From Phycisphaerales bacterium (lineage in GTDB: Bacteria; Planctomycetota; Phycisphaerae; Phycisphaerales; SM1A02): 64,000 nucleotides of DNA. The notes under the pieces are model-generated. The model was not told the origin of the DNA and searched no databases. It saw nothing but the letters and a program-made list of their open reading frames with translations. The translations under genes were made by a program, and so were the position numbers. Shown piece by piece: positions 1 to 8,828 of this stretch (within the stretch, counting starts at the first letter, position 1; each line of letters starts with the position of its first letter). The DNA lies in the NCBI GenBank assembly GCA_029247205.1, contig JAQWLT010000040.1, positions 546 to 64,545 of the forward strand, given 5' to 3'.

Positions 1-630
1 AGCACTTCAAGGATGATGTGATTCACATCGCTTCCAGGCTTAACTGTATGCGATGAGTCAATGAAGAGCAGGTCTCCGGATTCCAGTTGGTTGTAGACAC
101 TCACATCCACTGCTTGGACACGCTGTGGCATGAGCGTGATATCTGGTGAGTCCTTGAGCCAGTCATAGGGGTACGGTTCGATGCACATCATGCTGCATTT
201 TTCGCCGGTCTCATCCCTGTTCTTGGAAATGGCCTCGAGCGTGCAGAATGTCGACACGCCACTTCCAACCTCGATGATGTGGCGGGGCTTGTGGTGACGG
301 AGAAATCCATGGAGCGCCTGTGATTCGATCGGGCCATACCCGGGCCCGTACTGTTCGTCCACCGCGCGCTTGTACATGGCATTGCCGCGAAACTCGGGCT
401 CGAAGGGAGCCACCATTGTCTTCAAATTCTCGGCTTGTGCATCAAGGTCTACCTGAATGCCCGGAAGTTCCGAGGGGTATCGCCACTCGTCCATCGAGTT
501 TCGCAACTCGGCGATATTCGGAAGCGACGAGTAGTGATGAACTGGCGTCACGTGTACACCCAAGCGGGAGGTCACGCGATTCATACTCAGAACCGTTTGC
601 TTGAGTAGGTTCTTCAACTTTTTGGCCATG
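1..630 (-). CDS. class I SAM-dependent methyltransferase (N-terminal 210 codons; C-terminus lies beyond the window start)
   Basis: Not in the supplied track because there is no in-window stop. Hand translation of the minus strand from ATG 630-628 stays open to base 1: MAKKLKNLLKQTVLSMNRVTSRLGVHVTPVHHYSSLPNIAELRN...LRHHKPRHIIEVGSGVSTFCTLEAISKN...GDLLFIDSSHTVKPGSDVNHIILEVL. 'IIEVGSGVST' is a glycine-rich SAM-binding motif I. 'LLFIDSSH' resembles the downstream acidic strand of Methyltransf_24-like enzymes. Confidence 0.7.
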
Positions 631-1112
631 AGTGCTTTCCGTGAAACAAGGGATCAAACTGGCAGACTGTGGCTGTTCCCCATCAATCAGCCTGTACTGT
701 ATGGGATTGGGGCGAGAGGTGCGTTTGAGGTCATTTCGAGCCCCTGTTGTGTGCCAGTCATTGAAGCCACGTTGTTCTGATCGATTGGCTGCTGCGGGTT
801 GCTGACACGATGGTGATTGGTGAATTGGCATTCAATGGTTCAGTCAATCCAGTTCGGGGCGGTGGACGAACTGGCGCACGCCGCATCCATGTTGGTCAGG
901 TGCTTATGCCATCCTCGGTGGCCTCGATCGGGGCACTGGTGCTAGCCGCACGCGTGCTTCCGGTTGCCAACTTGGCTTGAGTGCCCGCGCATGGGATTGT
1001 ATTTGCAACATCGCCTGCACGCTGGCCGATCTTGAAGAGTCTGAGGGGATAGAGCAATCGCATATTGGCGAGGCAGTCCAGTATCGTTGGCTTGACCATG
1101 CCCGCTAGCAGA

Positions 1113-4112
1113 TCAAAGGCCCGGTGCGAATCCACGTCGCATCGTGTTCTCGCAAATGGCCCGTGGCACTACGAACTGGGACAGATACTCGCTCCCGCCT
1201 GCCTTGGCCCCAACACCGGACATACCGAAACCACCAAAGGGTTGGCGGCCAACGAGGGCGCCCGTGCTTGTGCGGTTGAGATAGAGATTGCCAACTCGAA
1301 ACTCTTTTCGAGCATATTCAAGGTGGGCGGGTCTGCGACTGTATACGGCGCCAGTGAGTCGATACTCGGTGCTATTGGCAATTTCAATTGCTTCTTCAAA
1401 TGTGGCCGCGTGCATGACGGCGAGCACCGGACCAAAGATCTCTTCGCTTGCAAGTCGGTGCTGCGGCTGGATGCCGGTAAAGACGTGCGGCGCAATAAAG
1501 GGTTTGCCGCCCGCCTCAGTGAGTCCATCTGGAATCGGTGCGGTGGCAGCAAGCGTGCCTTCCTCGCTGCCGATGGCGATATAGGAGCGGATCTTCTCGG
1601 CAGATTGCTCGTCAATGACCGGGCCAATATCGGTGCCCGGTGCAAGCGGATCGCCAACAATTAACGTCTCAACGGAGGGTAGTAGTCGATCGATAAAGGG
1701 CTTCAGGGCTGTGCCGACCACAATGACTCGGCTGCATGCGGAGCACTTCTGGCCTTGGAAGTTAAACGCGCTCGCTCGCACACCAAGTACTGCTTCGTCA
1801 AGGTCCGCAGAAGTGTCAACGATGATGGCATTCTTGCCGCCCATTTCGCAGATCACTCGCTTGACGTGGCCTTGCCCCTCGGGGACGACGCCGCATGCCT
1901 GCACAATGTCGAGCCCAACGGCCTTGGACCCGGTGAATGCGACGAGCGATGTCCGAGGATCGCGCACGAGATGTGCCCCAACTGTCTCGCCCGCGCCAGC
2001 CAAGAAGTGCAGCACGTCGCGCGGTACACCTGCCTCATGAAGCATGTCCACGAGCAATTTGGCAATATATGGGGTCTGTTCGGCGGGCTTGACAATGACC
2101 GGATTCCCCGTGACGAGCGCTGCGACGGTCATGCCGCAGCAGATGGCCAGTGGAAAATTCCATGGGCTGATCACCACGGCGACGCCGCGTGGCTCGTGGA
2201 ATTCGGTGTCGAGTTCGCCGATGTAGGCGCCGAGACGATGAGGCTCAAAGAGGGCGATGGCTTGCCGCGCGTAGTACTCGCAGAAGTCGATGGCTTCGCA
2301 CACGTCAGCATCGGCCTCTCGCCAAGTCTTACCTGACTCGCGAATCATTACGCAGGCCAACTCATCTCGCCTTGATCGCATGATGGCGGCGCACCGGATA
2401 AGTGTCGCGGAACGCTCGCGTGGGCTGGTATCTCGCCATGCGGGGAATGCTGCATGCGCTGCGCGAAGGGCTGCGTCGGCCTGCGACACAGTGGCATCAA
2501 TGGCAACTGTTTGAGTAGCGGAGGTGTTCTCGATGGCTGCTTGGAACTTCGACCTCGCCTCTGAGCGAGAGAAGTCGCGGAGTGGTTCCGTGCAGAATGG
2601 TCGGTTATCACCGACACCTTCTACGGCTGCGGAAAGCGCATGACGTTCTGGGGCTTCATCCATGTGAATGAGACCTGGATCAGTCTTGATGTCAGAGCCA
2701 TGCGGCGAGGCAAGAAGCGTGGCTGCGCCTGCTGAGCCAACGGCACTGCCACGCAACCACGACTCATTGGACGTGTTCTCGAGTAGACGCCGGACGAGAT
2801 AGGCCATGCCCGGAATCATTTCACCAACGGGGACGTACTCTCGCAGTCTCAGGCCTCGCTCGACCGCTACAGCCTTGAGTTGGTCGGCCATGCCATGGAG
2901 CATTTGAAGTTCGATCGCAGCAGGCGGGAGCCCACGCTCTTCGAGCAGGGCCATGGCAACTGCGATCGAGCGAAGATTGTGCGATCCCAAAGCGAGTTTG
3001 ATGCCACCCTCGTCTGGCGAAGTTGGAATGCCCTTGATGAATGCAGCCGTCATACGCTCAAAGCATGCGTCGGTGTCTTGCTTTCGTGACCAGACTGGTA
3101 CTGGCCAGCCATGCATCTCTGCCTCGATCGTTTCAGCATCCCAATAGGCACCCTTGACGAGCCGGACCGTGACTTGTCGTCCGGTGCGTTGGGCCCACTG
3201 GATGACACGCTGGGCATCCTGATCGCCGCTTCTGAGGTAGGCCTGCATGGCCAATCCGGCCGTGAAGTCGACTTCCTCGCAGCATCGCTCAAAGAGGTCA
3301 AGCGTGAGATCCTTGAGTGCGTAGTGCTCCATGTCGAAGTTGACTAGCACGCCTCGCTTTGCAGCTTGCTCAAGAATTGGACGGAGGGCATCAACGAGAC
3401 CAGCTACTGAGCTCTTCGTGTCAATGGGGTCGGTGCGGGCAAAGAGTGAGCTGATCTTGATTGATACATTGGAGCGTGGAATGGGACCAAGATGATCATG
3501 TTCAAGCACGTCGTTGGTGGGCCATTCCGCCACAGCCTCAGGGAGATTATCGACGAGGTCCAAGTACCGGCGTTGGTACTCGGCGGCTTCGTCGTCGCTG
3601 ACGCATGCTTCGCCGAGTAGGTCAACCGAGAATGCCATGCCTTCGTCCCACAAACGCCGCAGCATGGGGAGCGCTGACATGGCGTCAGTGCCAGCGATGA
3701 ACCGCTTGGCCATGCCCTCGATGCGACCGGCGACCGTTTTGGTCATGGCACCCTTGGCAAAACTGCCGGCTTTCAGACCAAGGCCGAGCCCGGGGGGGAG
3801 GGTGACATCAGGTTGCGTGAGGTAGTCAGCGAGGTGCTCGTGCACGTCTTCCTTACTTGCAAGCGATGGGAAGCAGTCGACAAATCGAAAGAGTTGCACC
3901 TTGAAGGCTTCGTCCTTCATCGCCCAGTCCATCAACTTGTCTGACCAGAATCCAGCCGAGAGCAGACCCTTGGAGTGCCGCTCGGCATCGCTCAGCAAGG
4001 CGGCGCCAATACGAGCTACCGAGGCTTCCATCTCTTCCGAAAATGGGCTACTTGCCGGTGCAGCGATGGTGATCGGCTGGGGTTCTTGGGTTCGTCGCTT
4101 GAAAAGTGCCAT
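1113..4112 (-). CDS. putA: bifunctional proline dehydrogenase / L-glutamate gamma-semialdehyde (P5C) dehydrogenase
   Basis: 999-aa ORF with an ATG start. The N-terminal half resembles the proline dehydrogenase barrel. The C-terminal half is an aldehyde dehydrogenase with the catalytic-Glu signature 'CEMGGKNAIIV' and the catalytic-Cys signature 'FNFQGQKCSACSRVIV'. There is no N-terminal RHH DNA-binding domain. Confidence 0.9.
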   Translation of the reverse strand: MALFKRRTQEPQPITIAAPASSPFSEEMEASVARIGAALLSDAERHSKGLLSAGFWSDKLMDWAMKDEAFKVQLFRFVDCFPSLASKEDVHEHLADYLTQPDVTLPPGLGLGLKAGSFAKGAMTKTVAGRIEGMAKRFIAGTDAMSALPMLRRLWDEGMAFSVDLLGEACVSDDEAAEYQRRYLDLVDNLPEAVAEWPTNDVLEHDHLGPIPRSNVSIKISSLFARTDPIDTKSSVAGLVDALRPILEQAAKRGVLVNFDMEHYALKDLTLDLFERCCEEVDFTAGLAMQAYLRSGDQDAQRVIQWAQRTGRQVTVRLVKGAYWDAETIEAEMHGWPVPVWSRKQDTDACFERMTAAFIKGIPTSPDEGGIKLALGSHNLRSIAVAMALLEERGLPPAAIELQMLHGMADQLKAVAVERGLRLREYVPVGEMIPGMAYLVRRLLENTSNESWLRGSAVGSAGAATLLASPHGSDIKTDPGLIHMDEAPERHALSAAVEGVGDNRPFCTEPLRDFSRSEARSKFQAAIENTSATQTVAIDATVSQADAALRAAHAAFPAWRDTSPRERSATLIRCAAIMRSRRDELACVMIRESGKTWREADADVCEAIDFCEYYARQAIALFEPHRLGAYIGELDTEFHEPRGVAVVISPWNFPLAICCGMTVAALVTGNPVIVKPAEQTPYIAKLLVDMLHEAGVPRDVLHFLAGAGETVGAHLVRDPRTSLVAFTGSKAVGLDIVQACGVVPEGQGHVKRVICEMGGKNAIIVDTSADLDEAVLGVRASAFNFQGQKCSACSRVIVVGTALKPFIDRLLPSVETLIVGDPLAPGTDIGPVIDEQSAEKIRSYIAIGSEEGTLAATAPIPDGLTEAGGKPFIAPHVFTGIQPQHRLASEEIFGPVLAVMHAATFEEAIEIANSTEYRLTGAVYSRRPAHLEYARKEFRVGNLYLNRTSTGALVGRQPFGGFGMSGVGAKAGGSEYLSQFVVPRAICENTMRRGFAPGL

Positions 4113-4142
4113 TGGTCGCGGAGTATAGGTCGTTCGACTTGT

Positions 4143-5618
4143 CTACCGGCGAGGCATGGCGGCCGCGACCTCTTCATAGACTGTTCCGCACTTGGCGGCA
4201 GCATCGGCCCATGTGAGGCGGCGAATATCGATGACGCCATGCCGGCGAAGCGTCTGGCCCAGTGGGGGGTGGCGAAGTACGGCCACAATCTTGTCAGCCA
4301 TTGCTTCGGTGTCCCAGAAGTCACACTTGAGGGCATGCGTGAGCACCTCGCTCGCGCCCGAGGACTTGGAGATGAGCACCGGAACGTTATGCCCCATGGC
4401 CTCGAGCGGGGCAATGCCAAAGGGCTCCGAGACCGATGGCATGACAAAGAGATCCGCCATCGCGAATACCTTTTCGATATCGGGTCCTCGCAGGAATCCG
4501 GTGAACAAGAAGTGCTGCCCGATGCCAAGTTCGGCAGCAAGTTCAATGCATCGGCGGTAGAGGTCGCCCGATCCCGCGACGATAAATCGCACAGAAGGTT
4601 CGACTTCGAGCACACGTTTGGCGGCTCGAATGAAATACTCCGGGCCCTTCTGCCGTGTGATGCGGCCGAAGTACAACACAATTTTTTCGCGTCGGCCAAT
4701 GGGCTTCACGCCACTGGCGATGGGGTCGATGGCGACGCCGTTGTAGACCACCGTCACTTTGTCTGGGTTGATTCCATACCGACGAATCACGATATCTCGA
4801 GTAAGTCGAGACACTGTGATGACTCGCATCGCCCCATGCATGCCTCGTCGCTCGATGTCATAAATCTGTTGATTGACTTGTTCGCCACTTCGATCGAACT
4901 CGGTGGAGTGCACATGTACGACTAATGGCCGGCCAGTGCGGCGGGCGACTTCGAGACCCGCGGGGTAGGTCATCCAGTCGTGGGCATGAATGACGTCGAA
5001 GGAACGAGTTTCTCCAGCAGCGCGGGCAAATGATGCAAATCGGCGAACTTGTGTCATCACGTTGCTGGAGTAGTCAGTATTCCCACCTTCATCAGCCGTG
5101 TGCTCTTCAGTTGGCTCTTGCTTATGGTCATCGACTTCGAGGTCGAACTCGATGTCGATCTCGTCATCAGAGATCTGTGCTGATTGGGTACTTGCCGAGT
5201 CTTTGGATCTCGACGCTTGGTCATGTTCGGTAATCGTGCCGACGGGTTGATCGGCAGCATCTGGGTCGTAGGGGTGCAGCAGTTTGACAGGGAGTTGGAT
5301 GAACTCGACACGCTGTGAGAACTCGGGATGCTGCTCATCGTGCTCGATCATGTCTTCGGTCGGTGCCGTGATGGGGGGTGTTGTTGGCGATGGCTTGGGC
5401 GGGGGTGTACTCATTGGCATCGGTGTGCCGCTGTGGCCGATGGTCTCGGGGCTGAGTAGATCAACATGAGATGATGCGTTTGGGTCCGTAGCGCCGGGCA
5501 TCACAAATATGACGCCAATTTTCTGGGCATCCATCGCACGGGTCAAGCCATAACAAGCCGTCCCAAGTCCACCGGTAATGAATGGCGGAAATTCCCAGCC
5601 AAGCATGAAGACGCGCAT
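4143..5618 (-). CDS. GT-B glycosyltransferase (GT4/GT5, glycogen/starch-synthase-like) with a long low-complexity insertion
   Basis: N-terminus 'MRVFMLGWEFPPFITGGLGTACYGL' matches the glycogen-synthase-type GGL motif. The C-terminal half ('RQKGPEYFIRAAK', 'FVMPSVSEPFGIAPLEAM') is the GT-B nucleotide-sugar binding E-x7-E region. Residues about 45-182 are a Pro/Asp/Glu-rich insert. Confidence 0.75.
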   Translation of the reverse strand: MRVFMLGWEFPPFITGGLGTACYGLTRAMDAQKIGVIFVMPGATDPNASSHVDLLSPETIGHSGTPMPMSTPPPKPSPTTPPITAPTEDMIEHDEQHPEFSQRVEFIQLPVKLLHPYDPDAADQPVGTITEHDQASRSKDSASTQSAQISDDEIDIEFDLEVDDHKQEPTEEHTADEGGNTDYSSNVMTQVRRFASFARAAGETRSFDVIHAHDWMTYPAGLEVARRTGRPLVVHVHSTEFDRSGEQVNQQIYDIERRGMHGAMRVITVSRLTRDIVIRRYGINPDKVTVVYNGVAIDPIASGVKPIGRREKIVLYFGRITRQKGPEYFIRAAKRVLEVEPSVRFIVAGSGDLYRRCIELAAELGIGQHFLFTGFLRGPDIEKVFAMADLFVMPSVSEPFGIAPLEAMGHNVPVLISKSSGASEVLTHALKCDFWDTEAMADKIVAVLRHPPLGQTLRRHGVIDIRRLTWADAAAKCGTVYEEVAAAMPRR

Positions 5619-5687
5619 CGATCAGTCCTGTGTAGAAAGGCCCGCATGAGATAGGGTTGCAGGGGGGGGCATGGTACCCTTCCGGAC

Positions 5688-6626
5688 GTGACGGCATCCT
5701 CGCAATCAGAGGCTCATCGAGTCTGGTCAACCCGCGATCTGCTCGATTGGATTGAGCAGCATCTTGCGGCGCGAGAGGTAGATGAGCCACTCCTCGTGGC
5801 CCGCTGGCTGATGGCACATGCGATTGGCACGGATCCCATTCACTTGTACACCGATCTTGATCGACCGGCCTCTGCGGATGAGCGGGCAACCCTTCGTGCA
5901 CTTGTTGAGCGAGCTTCTGCACATGAGCCCGTTCAATATCTGCTCGGAGAGGCTGGGTTTCTTGGCCGTATGTTTGAGGTTGGGCCGGGTGTCCTTGTGC
6001 CGCGAACCGCCACCGAAACCCTTGTGCAGCACGTGTTGACCTGGCATCGCGGGCTGGACGCAGATACTCGCCCCGATCCGCTCCACATCGCAGACATTGG
6101 CACAGGAAGTGGATGCATCGGTCTGACGCTCGCTATGCACATCCCCGCAGCATTGGTGGTCGGCGTGGACTGTGATGACGTTGCTGTTTCTATGGCCAGA
6201 GGTAATTGTGAACGCCACGAACTTGGCGATCGTGTTTCAATTTTGCAAGGCGACTTGTGCGACGTACTTGAAGCACCCGTGCATGTGCTTGTCTCCAACC
6301 CGCCCTACATCGACGACGCTCACTGGAATAAGTTGAAGCCCAATGTGCGCGAATTTGAGCCTTCCATTGCACTGCGGGGTGGAGTCGATGGTCTTGATGT
6401 TATTCGCCGCCTCATCAGCCAGGCATCGCAGCACGTACTGCCTGGTGGTCTATTCGTTCTGGAAACGGATGACCACCACGCAAGCACGACGCGAGATCTT
6501 CTGGAGGCGACCGGCGAGTTTGACAACTGCCGTGTACTGCGGGACGAATTTGGGGATGATCGATTTGTGACCGCGGACCGCCGAGGTCAAGTGGTGCGAC
6601 CGGACGGTTCAATATGCAACGCGTGA
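5688..6626 (+). CDS. prmC: peptide chain release factor N5-glutamine methyltransferase
   Basis: GTG start. SAM motif 'IADIGTGSGCIGLTLA' and the diagnostic substrate-binding motif 'VSNPPYI' (NPPY). Length of 312 aa is typical for PrmC/HemK. Confidence 0.85.
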   Translation: MTASSQSEAHRVWSTRDLLDWIEQHLAAREVDEPLLVARWLMAHAIGTDPIHLYTDLDRPASADERATLRALVERASAHEPVQYLLGEAGFLGRMFEVGPGVLVPRTATETLVQHVLTWHRGLDADTRPDPLHIADIGTGSGCIGLTLAMHIPAALVVGVDCDDVAVSMARGNCERHELGDRVSILQGDLCDVLEAPVHVLVSNPPYIDDAHWNKLKPNVREFEPSIALRGGVDGLDVIRRLISQASQHVLPGGLFVLETDDHHASTTRDLLEATGEFDNCRVLRDEFGDDRFVTADRRGQVVRPDGSICNA

Positions 6627-7801
6627 CGAATCGCTTCGATGAGTTGCGAAGTACGGAATGGCTTCAGCAAGATGCCCTGCACGCCATCGGCGCTGGCGCG
6701 GACGATCGTGTGATCGGGGTCGTATCCAAAGCCAGTCATCAGGATGACGGGGACATCAGGCATGATCTCCCGTGTCTTCGAGAAGACCTCGTAGCCACTC
6801 GCGTCGGGCAGTCGGATATCCGAGAGGACCATGGAAAACCCTTCGTGGTCATGCACGTGATCGAGTGCAAAAAAGGCCTCGCCGCCATTGGCACAGGGCA
6901 TGACCACGCAGCCGAGTTTCTCAAGGACTGCAGTGACTTCGGTGAGCAGTCGTGCTTCATCGTCGACGACCAGCACTCGCAAGCCAGTGAGCGCTACATC
7001 GGGTTCGATGGCATGCAGTTCATGCTCGGCGTCGATGATCGATCGCGGGCCAGCTGCACATGCCGAAATGCGATTGGTCATATCAGCCACAATTTGTTGC
7101 AGTCGAGTGGCAGTGGTGGTGTCCCCCTCGCGTACGATCGCGGCCGCCAAGGCTTGCAATTCGGTGATAGGCCGCTCAAGTTCGGAACTCATGCTTCGTG
7201 TGACTTGTTGGTACGTCGAACTTCGTTCGACTACCAACAAGTCAAGTACATGCAAGGCAGAGGCAATGACGGCAGCATATTTCTCGGCGAGCATTTGATC
7301 GGCCTCGGTGAATGCGTCAACCGTATTGGATTCGATATTGAATACGCCGATGATTTGTTCGTGGACGAGCAGGGGGACAGTCAACGAACTCAAAGCGTTG
7401 TCGAGACCTTCCCGGTACAAAGCATCACTTCTGACATCGCCACAGAGATAGGATTGTCCTGTTGCAGCGACCCATCCCGAGATGCCGTTGCCAGTTTCGC
7501 AGGCCGAGATCGACTCGCCGATTCGCATCGGCGAGAGGTTCTCGGAGATGACCAATTCCAGGCGTTGGGAGCCAGGAGATTGCAGCCGAATTTCAAAGTG
7601 GTCGAAACAGAGATCTCGCTTGACGGCCGTCACGATTTGTTCTTCGAGTTGGGCGAGCCGCTCACCCACGGAGGTCTGGGCTACAAAGTCCCGATCCAGG
7701 TGCAAGGATGGAATCGATGGAGGGATAGCTCCGTTATGAGCTGGTGCCCCGGTGGATTCAGTTGTCGGCCGTCGTCGGTCCATATGCGGACGCCTCATCA
7801 A
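6587..7801 (-). CDS. GAF domain / degenerate HisKA-like helix / receiver (REC) domain response regulator
   Basis: The middle region looks like a GAF domain ('GISGWVAATGQSYLCGDV...LTVPLLVHEQIIGVFNIES'). The C-terminal REC domain has 'RVLVVDDE', phospho-acceptor 'LSDIRLPD', 'ILMTGFG' and 'LLKPF'. Between them lies 'MSSELERPITEL', an H-box-like segment with Ser in place of His. Convergent 40-nt overlap with prmC. Confidence 0.8.
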   Translation of the reverse strand: MMRRPHMDRRRPTTESTGAPAHNGAIPPSIPSLHLDRDFVAQTSVGERLAQLEEQIVTAVKRDLCFDHFEIRLQSPGSQRLELVISENLSPMRIGESISACETGNGISGWVAATGQSYLCGDVRSDALYREGLDNALSSLTVPLLVHEQIIGVFNIESNTVDAFTEADQMLAEKYAAVIASALHVLDLLVVERSSTYQQVTRSMSSELERPITELQALAAAIVREGDTTTATRLQQIVADMTNRISACAAGPRSIIDAEHELHAIEPDVALTGLRVLVVDDEARLLTEVTAVLEKLGCVVMPCANGGEAFFALDHVHDHEGFSMVLSDIRLPDASGYEVFSKTREIMPDVPVILMTGFGYDPDHTIVRASADGVQGILLKPFRTSQLIEAIRHALHIEPSGRTT

Positions 7802-7913
7802 GATCTAGGAAAGCCTACCCCATGGAGAGCGGGTGACAAGTGATTCACGGAGACAGAATGAAATCGAATGAACCCAATCTCATCCATGATTGCTGGGAAG
7901 TTGACTTGATCGG

Positions 7914-8828
7914 ATGATTCGAGCTATTCACATGACTCGGCGTTTCGGATCCGTCACGGCGGTGGATGATGTCTCCTTCGAGATTGAACGAGGGTCTGTG
8001 GCCGGTTTTCTCGGTCCTAACGGGGCCGGCAAGACCACGGCCATGCGAATGCTCGCCGGTGTCCTTGAACCGACTTCGGGGGCTGCCTTCATTCATGGCT
8101 TTGATGTATTGCAGCAGGCCCGCGAGGCTCATCAGGTGCTCGGCTGGCTGCCAGACGGGGCACCAGCCTGTGAGGAGCTTCGAGTGGATGAGTATCTCCG
8201 CTTCCGTGGAGGGCTCTATGGGGGCATTCCGAGGCAGCGATATGAGCAAGTCTGCGGCCAATGCGGGCTACTAGATGTCCGTCGCCGGCTCGTTGGCCAA
8301 CTCTCTCGCGGCTATCGGCAGCGGGTCGCTTTGGCAGCGGCCATTGTGCCCGATCCTGTGGCGATCATCCTTGACGAGCCCGGAACAGGGCTCGACCCGA
8401 TTCAACAATTGGCCTTTCGATCGCTTGTGCAAGAGTTAGCTCAGGAACGAGCGATTCTGTTGTCGACCCACCAGGTTGGCGAAGCGATGGCGATGTGCGA
8501 TGAACTGCTCGTCATTGTGGGAGGGAAGCTTCTCGCGCAGGGCCCGATCAACTCGCTACGGCAATCCGATACATCGCAGGCAGCGTTCGTTGAGGTAAAG
8601 GATATTGATGTATTGCGTGTCCTTGGGGGTGTCGATGGTGTGCAGTCGGTGCGTGTCAAGGAACTGGCCAATGGATGGTTTCAGGCAACCTGTGACTGCA
8701 CCAGCGATATTCGTGCTGCGGTGCATGACGCTATCACAGCTGCCGGTGGGCACCTTCGAGAGTTGCGTTATGCGGGCACGTCAACGGAAGAGTGGCTCCG
8801 AGGCTTGCTCGAGGAGACTCAGGCATGA
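7914..8828 (+). CDS. ABC transporter ATP-binding protein (GldA-like)
   Basis: Walker A 'GPNGAGKTT', signature 'LSRGYRQRV' and Walker B 'IILDEPGTGLD'. It is the first gene of a four-gene run with an ABC-2 permease/GldG-like protein and a DUF4340-like protein. Confidence 0.9.
   Translation: MIRAIHMTRRFGSVTAVDDVSFEIERGSVAGFLGPNGAGKTTAMRMLAGVLEPTSGAAFIHGFDVLQQAREAHQVLGWLPDGAPACEELRVDEYLRFRGGLYGGIPRQRYEQVCGQCGLLDVRRRLVGQLSRGYRQRVALAAAIVPDPVAIILDEPGTGLDPIQQLAFRSLVQELAQERAILLSTHQVGEAMAMCDELLVIVGGKLLAQGPINSLRQSDTSQAAFVEVKDIDVLRVLGGVDGVQSVRVKELANGWFQATCDCTSDIRAAVHDAITAAGGHLRELRYAGTSTEEWLRGLLEETQA

Noticed and set aside
442-831. 129-aa minus-strand ORF from the track at the left edge
   Set aside because: It overlaps, out of frame, the better-supported methyltransferase frame (ATG 630 running to base 1, with a SAM-binding motif). 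Its product is low-complexity.
1123-1133. GGTGCGAATCC, resembling a tRNA T-arm/T-loop
   Set aside because: It lies inside the putA coding sequence. The flanks cannot form acceptor, D or anticodon stems.
896-1135. 79-aa minus-strand ORF (or a 67-aa version from ATG 1099) in the 482-nt gap between putA and the methyltransferase
   Set aside because: No recognisable motif, no convincing RBS, and the longest version overlaps the putA stop. It cannot be supported from sequence alone, so the 631-1112 gap remains unassigned.
3975-4925. 316-aa plus-strand ORF spanning the putA start, the intergenic gap and the 3' part of the glycosyltransferase gene
   Set aside because: It is antisense to two well-supported genes, has no motifs and crosses an intergenic region. 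Shadow ORF.
6614-7843. 409-aa ORF on the plus strand, almost exactly antisense to the GAF-REC regulator gene
   Set aside because: Its product is Arg/Gly/Asp-rich with no recognisable motifs, whereas the minus-strand product has clear GAF and receiver-domain signatures. It is a typical high-GC shadow ORF.
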